A DNA stretch of 64,000 nucleotides from a virus: positions 12,450-76,449 of IMG/VR virus record IMGVR_UViG_3300043256_000135. One strand, written 5' to 3'. Under the pieces are notes generated by a model that was not told where the DNA came from, made no database searches, and was given only the letters and a program-made list of their open reading frames with translations. Both the position numbers and the translations under genes were made by a program. Within the stretch, counting starts at the first letter, position 1, and each line of letters begins with the position of its first letter. Positions 53,430 to 62,022 of this stretch are shown one piece after another.

Positions 53430-54809
53430 TCAGGTCCGGTTGAAGGTTGCGACAATTCGCCAGCTGTTCACACCGCCGTCTTCCAGCCCGGTGGGGGTTG
53501 CTCGCAGCGAATGGGTGTTAGCCGCCCAGGTGAGCGTCGCAGGATTGGTTGCGTCGACCACGCCGTCGACCATCAGCTCGAAGTTGGGCGAGCCGCTGAC
53601 GGTCTCGATCTCCAGGAGGATCGTGCCGGCAGTCGGGACGATCTGGTCGCCTGAAGCATCATAGAACTGCACAGACAGGAAGTTGTGGGGGAAGTCCGCC
53701 GGCAGGCCCGTTACCTCGATAATATCTATCGGTCCGACCGCCGGCGTCTGCATTGTCATCATTCGGCGTCGACTTGCGCTGATGGTCTTGCTTGTGCCGC
53801 GGAACGTCAAGTTGAATGCTCCTGCATCCCAGGGGCTGAACGTAGATCGCACAGTTCCGATGATGTCAAAGCCAAGGCTGGTATCCATCGGTAGAGATAC
53901 TGCTGACAGATTGTCGCCGTAGTGCAGTGCGGCATTGTCGGAGTCCTCCAAGATGGTGTAATCTTCAGAACCACCGGTGAGATTCGCGACCATCACTCGT
54001 GTGCCTGAGCCGCCGGTGCCGGCCTGGAAAGTGGCGCTGTCAATAAAGTCACCGGGTAATCCTTGCGAAGCTGCAAAACGACCATTCGTGATGTTCTTGT
54101 TGCAGCTGGCATTCCATCCGGCATCATCGCTACGTGAATTAAAAAGAGCCGGGCTGCCTTTTATGAGATTGTTCCGAATGTCGTAGTCCCTGCTGCCGCT
54201 GGTAAAGTCGTCAATCTCGAAAGCCATGCTTGTAGTGTCGGAGGTGCAGTTGTACACCCTCATTACGTGGTCTCTTGTTGGACCGGTGGTCCCAATAGAC
54301 CGATGAGATATATCATAGAACAGGCTGTTGACAACTACGACATTGGCCATATCCACATCATTGAACCATAGACCCCGTCCACTACCAGCAGTGAAGCCGT
54401 GAATGAGCATCCGATCAAAGACAAGCGCACTGACTACTATACCATTGAAGAATGCCGCTTGATCTGCCGTCGTAACTGCGGGAGTGAGTTCAAAACTGGA
54501 GAACTTCACATGTACCCCAGATTTAGAAATACTGATGATATGGTCGCTGGTACTGCCGGTCACCCTAGCACCCGAGCCTGCGGTTCCATCATGCTCTGCA
54601 CCGTCATCCGCGCTAATCCAAATGTAGCGTGTGATATCCGTCACCCAACTGCTATGAGTTAGCGCAAAATTGGCGGCATGCTCTTCATCTTTCAGTGCAG
54701 CGCGCTCAATCACGTCCGCCGTAACGCAGTTCTTCGCTTGACCCGTTTCCCATAGCTCCAGGTCGGCGTAGTCAGCAGCAGTACCGACAGTCTTCTTGGT
54801 GACAGTCAC
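53430..54809 (-). CDS. Right-handed beta-helix (pectin lyase-like) protein
   Basis: DYADLELWE N-terminus; V.NSLFY, VYNCT and IRNNL rungs; DIIG..R...WDAGAF. Confidence 0.7.
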   Translation of the reverse strand: MTVTKKTVGTAADYADLELWETGQAKNCVTADVIERAALKDEEHAANFALTHSSWVTDITRYIWISADDGAEHDGTAGSGARVTGSTSDHIISISKSGVHVKFSSFELTPAVTTADQAAFFNGIVVSALVFDRMLIHGFTAGSGRGLWFNDVDMANVVVVNSLFYDISHRSIGTTGPTRDHVMRVYNCTSDTTSMAFEIDDFTSGSRDYDIRNNLIKGSPALFNSRSDDAGWNASCNKNITNGRFAASQGLPGDFIDSATFQAGTGGSGTRVMVANLTGGSEDYTILEDSDNAALHYGDNLSAVSLPMDTSLGFDIIGTVRSTFSPWDAGAFNLTFRGTSKTISASRRRMMTMQTPAVGPIDIIEVTGLPADFPHNFLSVQFYDASGDQIVPTAGTILLEIETVSGSPNFELMVDGVVDATNPATLTWAANTHSLRATPTGLEDGGVNSWRIVATFNRT

Positions 54810-55174
54810 TAGCTGTTTCCCCCGCCTGCGTTGGGGTTGAGCCCGCGCCGCAGTGCGTTGGAGTTGACCACAACGAGGGTTCGCTCCTGTGCCTTCTCGT
54901 TCGCCTGCGCAGGCAAGAAGTCCACAATCAACCGGCGCTTCTCGTTCGAACGGGGGATGCCCGTGTTGGGGTCAATATCTGCCTCCATCAGATCGGTGAA
55001 GTCGCTGGTCGGCGCGCCGGGGATATGAACAGAGCTGAACGGCGGCTTAGGCCGGCTGTTCCACCCGGCGACCGGATTTTGGCTCTCTACAACGTCGAAG
55101 CCTGGATAGGCGCCATCGGGGAGGTTCGACAGAACTTGGTCGCCGGTCTCTTCACCGAAAATGAGCTGTGCCAT
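54809..55174 (-). CDS. Hypothetical protein
   Basis: MAQLIFGEETG...; directly after portal. Confidence 0.65.
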   Translation of the reverse strand: MAQLIFGEETGDQVLSNLPDGAYPGFDVVESQNPVAGWNSRPKPPFSSVHIPGAPTSDFTDLMEADIDPNTGIPRSNEKRRLIVDFLPAQANEKAQERTLVVVNSNALRRGLNPNAGGGNS

Positions 55175-55175
55175 G

Positions 55176-56807
55176 CTACTTGTCCCTAAATCGTTGGTTG
55201 GCAACGGCCGCGCGCTGCGCTTGATCAGGGAACTCCTCTCGGGCCTTCTTACTGCCCATGAATCGGCTGACGAAGTCTGAGCGGGATTCGCCCGCGTTCG
55301 GGCTGAGCAATACCTTCTCTACTTTGGCCGGGGGGTTGTTGGGTCCGGGGGTCTTGAGTTTCGCGGTAGCCTCCATTGTGGCCATGGCCTGCGCCTGGGC
55401 GTCCTCGGCGGAGAGCAGCAGGTCGGTGTCGATTGTCTCCAGCTTGGCGAGGCGGGTGAGTCCCATCAGGTCCAGAACCTCATTGACCGCTTCGTCCTGA
55501 CGATCAAGTTGCACACCGGCGACGGCCATGTCTCGTATGGCAGATGCCATCTCAGCAACGCTACGGAAAGCCACGGCCTCCGTCTTCAGCTTCGGCATCA
55601 TTTCCTTGGGCCAGCCGTTCAGCTCCCACAGCGGTTCGAGCATATCCTTCTCGACTGCGGTGCGAATTTCCTTCAAGGTGCCGTCCACCAACAGCGCGAA
55701 AGCCTGGGTCTTGTCTTCGGACAGGCTCCTGGAGCCTGCGCTGTTCTCTCCCAACATCAAGTGCTCCACGCCCAGGACTCGCGCGATCTCGCGCTGGATC
55801 CGAACAATGGCCTTGGCGACCGCGTCCAGGGAGTAGCTCCCGCCGTCCAGCAGCTCGATGCCCCATTGTAGTGCGGCGACCGGCGTACGGTTCTCGCCGG
55901 TGCCCTTGTAGGGGGTCGAGTCCAGTAGCATGCCGAGGTCGGGATTCTTGATGTGGCTCTTCACGAACGCTTCGAGTCCGGCGACCAGCTCTTCCGCCCG
56001 GGCCTTCGTGATGGTCTTGGCCTTGACCGCCTTGTCGAGTTCCATCAGCGGGGCCCGCCCGATTGGGATTCCGCGCAGGTCGCCCGCGTAGCCGAACTGC
56101 TCCAGCTCTTGCAGGCGCTGGAGGCGCTTGACCGAGTCGCTGACGTGCCGCAGAAGCCCGAGGCCCTCGGGGCTGTCGTTCAGGGCGTCGTCCACCACAT
56201 AGACCATTTTCTCGCGTGGGATGGAGACATCCTTGCCAGTTTGGGGACTGGTCTGAATGCAGCCGGCCATCCAGCCATCGTTGTCGATGTGCCACCGCTG
56301 GATTGTCACTTGGGGCAGGGCGATCACATCCTTGAACCCGATGCCGCCATCTTCGTTCCGCTTAGCGACCCACTCGCCTGCGGCGAAGCCGTGGAAACGG
56401 TGACCGGCCAGCCGGCGCACGACACGGTGCCAGGGGCGCCGCATGTCATTCAGGGTGTCCAGAGCGCGCTGCGCGAACTCCTCGCCTTCCTCGCCGCTAT
56501 CCTTCGGAGCCTCGGCCTTCCACTCGGCGTTCGCCACAAGGTTGAGTAGGAGCCGGACGCCCGCTGCGATGATGGCCACGTTGGCGATGGCGTCGGAGAA
56601 AAGCTTGTACTTGGCCCGCCCGGTCAACTCAGCGTTGGTCTCATTGGGCTGGAGGTACCCGCCGTAGACCGCCGTGCCGCCAACGGCTATGGTGCTCTCG
56701 GGATCTGGACTCGGCAGTGTCTGGTCTACCGGGAGTCGACCCTCATCGCTGGCCTTGTAGAACTTGCCGCCCTTTCTTGGCTGGGCCTTGCTGTGGTGGA
56801 GTGCCAT
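55176..56807 (-). CDS. Portal protein (DUF935/Mu gp29-like) with appended C-terminal domain
   Basis: HGF...EWV.K, SPEGLGLLR, GIP, GSRSLSEDK, LWELNGW; follows TerL. Confidence 0.88.
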   Translation of the reverse strand: MALHHSKAQPRKGGKFYKASDEGRLPVDQTLPSPDPESTIAVGGTAVYGGYLQPNETNAELTGRAKYKLFSDAIANVAIIAAGVRLLLNLVANAEWKAEAPKDSGEEGEEFAQRALDTLNDMRRPWHRVVRRLAGHRFHGFAAGEWVAKRNEDGGIGFKDVIALPQVTIQRWHIDNDGWMAGCIQTSPQTGKDVSIPREKMVYVVDDALNDSPEGLGLLRHVSDSVKRLQRLQELEQFGYAGDLRGIPIGRAPLMELDKAVKAKTITKARAEELVAGLEAFVKSHIKNPDLGMLLDSTPYKGTGENRTPVAALQWGIELLDGGSYSLDAVAKAIVRIQREIARVLGVEHLMLGENSAGSRSLSEDKTQAFALLVDGTLKEIRTAVEKDMLEPLWELNGWPKEMMPKLKTEAVAFRSVAEMASAIRDMAVAGVQLDRQDEAVNEVLDLMGLTRLAKLETIDTDLLLSAEDAQAQAMATMEATAKLKTPGPNNPPAKVEKVLLSPNAGESRSDFVSRFMGSKKAREEFPDQAQRAAVANQRFRDK

Positions 56808-56813
56808 ATCCAC

Positions 56814-56842
56814 AGCTTACGCCATTTAGAACGGCGAATCAA
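56814..56842 (-). promoter_or_regulatory. Sigma-70-like promoter TTGATT-N17-TAAGCT
   Basis: Canonical spacing, 6 nt before the portal ATG. Confidence 0.5.
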
Positions 56843-56934
56843 CGTCGGGGGACGGTTTTTGACGGTGACCGTTACGGTCGGGCCCGTTTACATGTCCTGC
56901 CTGATGCGGAAGCGGATGGCCATGGCGGCATGAA

Positions 56935-57183
56935 TCAGTCGTCCTCGCAGTTCGGCATCACGTCGTCCCAGCTGTCGGGCAAGTGGATGACGTTGTTGGC
57001 GTTGATTGCAGCGCAGAGCACGCCCATGTTCTCCAGAACATCGTCGATTTGATTTGCCACCCCCCGGGGGCCTTGTGGGCGACCAGTAACGCTACTGAAG
57101 ATGGCGCGCAGGACCATGGCCTCTTTTTCGGACAGCGACAGGGTCAGGGTGAGTTGGGCCGCGGGTGTTGCTTTGATGTCCAT
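56935..57183 (-). CDS. Hypothetical protein, paralogue B
   Basis: LTLTLSLSEKEAMVLR...GPR...PDSWDD. Confidence 0.7.
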   Translation of the reverse strand: MDIKATPAAQLTLTLSLSEKEAMVLRAIFSSVTGRPQGPRGVANQIDDVLENMGVLCAAINANNVIHLPDSWDDVMPNCEDD

Positions 57184-57434
57184 CAGTCGTTGTCCTCGTT
57201 GGCTACCAGATCGTCCCATTTGTCCGGGAAGTAGCTATTGCCCTCGACGTTGTCGTAGTAGTAGCCAATACCCTGATCGCGGAAGGCGTTCTCGATGCCA
57301 TATGCCACGCTGCGCGGTCCTGTGGTCGTGCCACCGATGTTGCGCATGATGGTCCGCAAGGCCATGGCCTCGCGCTTGGACAGGGTGAGAGTGAGAGTAA
57401 GAGGTGTGTCCGGCTGCGTGATCTTGATGTTCAT
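57183..57434 (-). CDS. Hypothetical protein, paralogue A
   Basis: LTLTLTLSKREAMALR...GPR...PDKWDD. Confidence 0.7.
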   Translation of the reverse strand: MNIKITQPDTPLTLTLTLSKREAMALRTIMRNIGGTTTGPRSVAYGIENAFRDQGIGYYYDNVEGNSYFPDKWDDLVANEDND

Positions 57435-57664
57435 GGTGCTATTTCTCCAACCTTGATCATGGTGTATTCCCCCGGGGCCAACTCGATGCCAGTCAACCAA
57501 TTGAAGTCATAGTAACACAGGTATGCTGCGCTGTATAGAGCGGTAGACCATCGCCCTCTTCTGCCGGAGCGTTTCTCAAGCATGGTGACTTCAGGGTCCT
57601 CGGATGCACGGACGGCATCGTCAATAAACTTGCCAATGCCTCGTACTACGTAGAGTTTTTTCAT
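57431..57664 (-). CDS. Hypothetical protein
   Basis: 77 aa; GGAG RBS. Confidence 0.65.
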   Translation of the reverse strand: MKKLYVVRGIGKFIDDAVRASEDPEVTMLEKRSGRRGRWSTALYSAAYLCYYDFNWLTGIELAPGEYTMIKVGEIAP

Positions 57665-57684
57665 GGTTTGATTCTCCAGAGTAA

Positions 57685-57745
57685 GGAACGTGGGGGAATC
57701 GAACCCCCTAGACTTCGCGGCAATTGCAAGTCCGCCATGCCATCC
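57685..57745 (-). ncRNA. Minimal tRNA-like leader (perfect T-arm, no D-arm)
   Basis: GGGGG-TTCGATT-CCCCC; GACTT/AAGTC stem; GGA...TCC ends. Confidence 0.45.
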
Positions 57746-57750
57746 AAAGC

Positions 57751-57762
57751 ATCATACCACAC
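57751..57762 (-). promoter_or_regulatory. Extended -10 promoter motif GTGTGGTATGAT
   Basis: Intergenic, after terL. Confidence 0.65.
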
Positions 57763-57803
57763 TCAGACTTGTACAGTCGGACAAATTCGGGGATTTGGTG
57801 AAG

Positions 57804-59399
57804 TCAGTCGTTTAGCTCGGGCATGAGCAGGCGGGGCCCGAAGAGGGAGACCGGATCCGCGAGATCCTTGAGAAGGGAGTGATAGGCCCGGGACAGCGCG
57901 TCGGTGATATCCTTGAAAGTCGAACCGGGGAACAGGCCCAGTTCCGCTAGGACCATGCTGTTCCACGCTCCCTCGACCATACACACGTTGCCAGCGTTCA
58001 CCTGGGCAGCGAATGGCTCCGCCCGCTGCTCCTTGTCGCCGGACTCTGGGCTGAAGCGGCAGTCGAAGCCCTGGAGATCCTTCGCGAACTGGGCGACCTG
58101 CGCCTTACCGGCTTGGCCGGGGTCCTGCGGGATGTCCTGTGGCACGTCGGTGCCGTCGGTCTCCGCGGTGAGGCGGATCGTGCTGCGAACTTCGTTCGGG
58201 TCGCCCCGGAGGCGAACGGCGTGCTCGATGATGAGCCGGCCGTCGTGGGCCAGAGTCAGCTTGGCGCCGACGGTCCACGGGCTGGTTCTATCCTTCGAAG
58301 CCGCGAGGTCCCATCCTCTTACCGTTCGTCCAGGGATCGGGGCTGGGATCAGGGTGATCTGCTCGACCCGGAACATTCCGCCCTCTCTTGGGACAGGGCG
58401 CTGTTGCAGCTGGCAGGCTACCGCGTACTCGCCGCCGTCCAGCATCAGCTGGACCTTGAGCTGGTCGACCGCGTTCTGAGGGTATCGCTCGGGGAAGAGC
58501 AATTCGTTTTGTTTGGTGCGCGGATCCTGGAGGTACAGCAGCTTGGCGTTGGGGGTCGTGGGGGTCGCGGGCACGAAGTACGGACAGGGGTCGCCTTCGT
58601 CTTTGACCCGGCACATCATCTTGGGCTTGCCTGTGCCGTGCGTGGATGGTACAGGGGTCCAGCTCTGGTACTTGGGCTCGTACTCCATCGGGAGTACCAG
58701 GACGGTCCAGCCTTGCTGCTCCATTAGGCCCTCGATGATCAGGCCCGAGATGTCGGCCGAGTGCAGCCGCTGCATAATGACCACGTAAACCGGCTTCTTG
58801 GGGTCGGTGAACCGGGTGGGGGTGGTTTCTGTGAACCAGAACCGTGCGGTGGCACGCTCTACGTCGGACTCGGCCAGGGCGACGGAATGCGGGTCGTCGA
58901 CGATGATCCGCTGCCCACGCCACCCGGTCAAAGCGCCACCGGTGGATCCGGCGTAGCGAAAGCCCCGCTCGGTGTTGCTGTACTTCTCCTTGCCCCGGTC
59001 GTCTTCTTTCCACGCGATCGGCCACCGTTGCTGATACCAGTCCGAGGAGACGAGGTCACGCATGTGTAGCATGTCGCGGGTGGACAGTCTCTTATCATAG
59101 CTAGAACCGATGTACTGCATTCCCGGTCGGCCTCGCGGCCCCCACTCCCATGCGCAAAAGAAGACGCTTGTCAGCATAGACTTAGCGGTGCCGGGCGGCA
59201 CATTGATGAGCAGCCGAGTGATGCGGCCCTCGTTTACTGCCTGGAGGTGATCGCACATGGTCTCCATACACCAGCCCTTTGTCAATGGGGTTGTAGGGTG
59301 CAGGACGTGCCATGCTTGCTTGACGAACTCCCAGAACGATAGCTCACAGCGGGCGCGATCGGGATCCTTGAGGATGAGGGAGGTAGGGTCGTAGGTCAT
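57804..59399 (-). CDS. terL: Terminase large subunit
   Basis: LLINVPPGTAKS, IIVDDPH, IMQRLH, QLQQRP, WDLA, QDPGQAGK, FP.STFKDITDA. Confidence 0.95.
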   Translation of the reverse strand: MTYDPTSLILKDPDRARCELSFWEFVKQAWHVLHPTTPLTKGWCMETMCDHLQAVNEGRITRLLINVPPGTAKSMLTSVFFCAWEWGPRGRPGMQYIGSSYDKRLSTRDMLHMRDLVSSDWYQQRWPIAWKEDDRGKEKYSNTERGFRYAGSTGGALTGWRGQRIIVDDPHSVALAESDVERATARFWFTETTPTRFTDPKKPVYVVIMQRLHSADISGLIIEGLMEQQGWTVLVLPMEYEPKYQSWTPVPSTHGTGKPKMMCRVKDEGDPCPYFVPATPTTPNAKLLYLQDPRTKQNELLFPERYPQNAVDQLKVQLMLDGGEYAVACQLQQRPVPREGGMFRVEQITLIPAPIPGRTVRGWDLAASKDRTSPWTVGAKLTLAHDGRLIIEHAVRLRGDPNEVRSTIRLTAETDGTDVPQDIPQDPGQAGKAQVAQFAKDLQGFDCRFSPESGDKEQRAEPFAAQVNAGNVCMVEGAWNSMVLAELGLFPGSTFKDITDALSRAYHSLLKDLADPVSLFGPRLLMPELND

Positions 59400-60145
59400 A
59401 GCGTGATGTCAGCCCGAGCAAAGATGCCGGGAACTCGGGGGTCGGTTAGGGGGACAGTATCATGCTTGGAATTGTTCTCGGCAGCCCACATCGGTTGGAG
59501 GTTGGAGTAGTGAAAGCAAACGTCGCGTTGGCGGGGGTCGTTCAGATCCCAGAAGGCGACGGGGACGATGTGATCTACTTCCCAACTGCCGTAGTTCTCC
59601 CAGGTCATAGCGTTGAGGAACTGCGCTTCCATGTAAGTCTTCAATTCTGACAGATTACATCCCACAGCCTTAGAGGAGCTGAACCCAGGCTTGTTGCCAG
59701 CAATGATTGCTTTCATCATCTTGCGTGCATACTGTCGCATATTCCGGCTCAGTCGATAGGCTGGGTCGTTCTGTTTCCTCTTTTTTCTACGCTCCTTGCG
59801 TCGTGCCCTGACTTCGGGTTTTGCGCGGTATGCGCGAACCATTTCCTTGTGTTCCTGGGCCCATTTCTTTTGGTAGTTGCGTGTTCGCTCAGGATTGCTG
59901 GCATGCGACCTATTGGTAAGGAAGCGTGCTCTCTCGGGATTGTCCGTTTGCCACTTGCGGCTCTGTTGTGCGATTTTGGCACGCCCTGCATCGGTTAGGT
60001 TGGCGTATTTTTCTCGGGCTTCTGCGCTCAACCGCTCTCGGTTTGCGGCGTTGAAGTGGGCCATACGGCAGGAAGTATTGCAGTATTTACGTAACCCATG
60101 CACGTTCTTGGGCAGGGGATTGGAGCAGTGTTGGCAGGGTTTCAT
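59396..60145 (-). CDS. HNH endonuclease
   Basis: N-terminal CxxC...CxxxC; MTWENYG.WEVDHIVP...FHYSNLQPMWA.EN.SK. Confidence 0.88.
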   Translation of the reverse strand: MKPCQHCSNPLPKNVHGLRKYCNTSCRMAHFNAANRERLSAEAREKYANLTDAGRAKIAQQSRKWQTDNPERARFLTNRSHASNPERTRNYQKKWAQEHKEMVRAYRAKPEVRARRKERRKKRKQNDPAYRLSRNMRQYARKMMKAIIAGNKPGFSSSKAVGCNLSELKTYMEAQFLNAMTWENYGSWEVDHIVPVAFWDLNDPRQRDVCFHYSNLQPMWAAENNSKHDTVPLTDPRVPGIFARADITL

Positions 60146-60156
60146 GGGGGTGCTAA

Positions 60157-60168
60157 AGTATACCACAT
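60157..60168 (-). promoter_or_regulatory. Extended -10 promoter motif ATGTGGTATACT
   Basis: Upstream of the HNH gene. Confidence 0.6.
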
Positions 60169-60466
60169 GGGGATGAGACCGAGGGCATTGTACGTTTTCT
60201 CCGTGAAATGCGGTCGTTTACACGCACCGCGGGGGTTTTGAGTTTTGGTATTGCAAAAAGTCATTTGGGTTTTGAATACTGCGCGCGGAGAGCAGAGACC
60301 AAGGAACGCCCCCGCGGTCACCCGGGTCGATTCTTTCTCAAAACAAGACTCCCATGCCATGGGCCTTTCAGCCCCTTGAGCCCCACCATGAGACATCCCT
60401 GTACCACCCATGCTATGGCACGTACACCTAACCCCATCATGAGACCCCCACATGGCACACCCCTTG

Positions 60467-60949
60467 CTATGCCCCCTCATCCACAGGCCCTGCTGGCAAC
60501 GTCGCCACAAAGGCCCTAGCTGCGGTCAGCTGCGCCGGTGTCATGTCTTCCACCCGGATGCGCTGCTCCTGGACCACCGTACCAGAGACCCGTTGATCGA
60601 CATCGACTTTGTCCCCCCATGCTTCCCGGTCCCGGCGCTTCAGCCACGCATTGAGGATACGATCCGAGAAAACCCGCTTCCTGCTGACCACCTCGCCGTT
60701 CTTGCCGTAGGTCTCGGTGACGGTCCCCTCCACCACTAGCTTGCGAACCGTCTCCATGATGAGGGCGTCCAGGCGCCCCTGTGCAGCCTCGCACTGCTCC
60801 CTGAAGTCAGGGTCTACCTTCATGCGGTCGTAGATGCACTGTCGGCTCACCCCTACGGAGGCTGCACTAGGGGACACCTCTCCAGTATGCTCCAAGGCCT
60901 TGAGGTAGGCCGCTTGTTTGTCAGGGGTGAACTTGGTAGGGACTGCCAT
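60467..60949 (-). CDS. terS: Terminase small subunit
   Basis: HTH (YLKAL...G.V..SA..VGVSR..IY....DP.F), FSDRIL...LK; upstream of terL. Confidence 0.8.
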   Translation of the reverse strand: MAVPTKFTPDKQAAYLKALEHTGEVSPSAASVGVSRQCIYDRMKVDPDFREQCEAAQGRLDALIMETVRKLVVEGTVTETYGKNGEVVSRKRVFSDRILNAWLKRRDREAWGDKVDVDQRVSGTVVQEQRIRVEDMTPAQLTAARAFVATLPAGPVDEGA

Positions 60950-60975
60950 TATGTCAGGTGGGTATGGGGAAGGGG

Positions 60976-61016
60976 CGGCAAGAATTGCCGGCATATCTTG
61001 CCGGCAAGAATTGCCG
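60976..61016. repeat. Three overlapping palindromes CGGCAW-N3-TTGCCG
   Basis: Units start at 60976, 60989 and 61002. Confidence 0.75.
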
Positions 61017-61189
61017 ATCTGTCAGCAGTGTACGTCCAGGGGGTGGAGGATGCAAGGGCCAGGACTGTGCTCAGAGGGGGCTGGCTGGACGCGCACGGGA
61101 GTTTCGGGGCTGCCGTGTGGTGCGGGGGCCGCTCGACTCTAGGCCCGTACAGCCCAAGGGGCGCAGCCCAATCTCTACCCCTTACGGTA

Positions 61190-61490
61190 TAGGCTGTACA
61201 CCATTTCCCCAACATAGTGTACAAATCCGAGCCTACTAGTGTACACCCTAACCCTTGCCCAGGAAAGACTTTAGCGGGGATTAGACACCGTTACTACTAT
61301 GTACACTAGTACTATAGGGGGTACAGTAAAGGGTGCACTAGTGTACCACATTCCCGGCGAACCCATCGGGCACCCATGTACACCCTTTGAACGGTGCGCC
61401 GCAACCCTAACCCCGTAGCCCTTGAGCATTTAGTCTGTACACTAGTAGGCTCGGATTTGTACACCATGTCCCCAACATGGTGTACACCCC
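61190..61490. repeat. GTAC-rich palindromic locus B
   Basis: Perfect 29-bp inverted repeat 61217-61245/61436-61464; hairpin unit at 61195-61223 and 61458-61486. Confidence 0.8.
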
Positions 61491-61795
61491 TACCGCCCCT
61501 CTTGCCTCCGGTTCCGCCACTTCCGCCATGTATCTACCAAGGGCCCGGGTGTCCAGCTTGCCCCGTGCTTGCCCCGCATTCGGTCCAACCACGCATTGTA
61601 ATGGCCCTGCCACCGTAGATCCGCCTTCCCGGCATAGCAGGCCCTGTCCACTTTGCGCCTATGCTTCTTGCGCCCCTCGGCATAGGCCCGGTCTCGGCGC
61701 ATGGCCTCCCGGCGGTTGGCCTCATTGACCGCTTCGATCCACTCCGCGTCAGATAGCGCGGCCAGCTGCTCCGGCGTCATATCTTTAGCTCTCAC
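61490..61795 (-). CDS. Hypothetical protein
   Basis: GTGA overlap; MRAKDMTPEQL... Confidence 0.6.
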   Translation of the reverse strand: MRAKDMTPEQLAALSDAEWIEAVNEANRREAMRRDRAYAEGRKKHRRKVDRACYAGKADLRWQGHYNAWLDRMRGKHGASWTPGPLVDTWRKWRNRRQEGR

Positions 61796-62022
61796 ACCAT
61801 CCCCCGTAGTTGGGGCAGGTTGTCCGGGTGCACTTCCACCACATCCCCACCGACTCGCTGGAGGCCTACAACCTCCCCGCTCCCGTACAGCTTCGCCAGA
61901 GTACCATCGGGGCAATTCCGCAGGATTGACCTGACCATTCTAAGTGCCCACTTTCGTCCACCATCCGTCCGGGAGGTTTCCAGGATCTCCCCGTCAGCGT
62001 TTGCTATCACAATGCGGATCAT
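61792..62022 (-). CDS. Hypothetical protein
   Basis: 76 aa; coupled to neighbours. Confidence 0.6.
   Translation of the reverse strand: MIRIVIANADGEILETSRTDGGRKWALRMVRSILRNCPDGTLAKLYGSGEVVGLQRVGGDVVEVHPDNLPQLRGMV

Noticed and set aside
58520-58680. Intein or intron in TerL (Pro-rich insertion), likewise the PolA insertions
   Set aside because: Short, in frame, and lacking splice-junction or endonuclease motifs.
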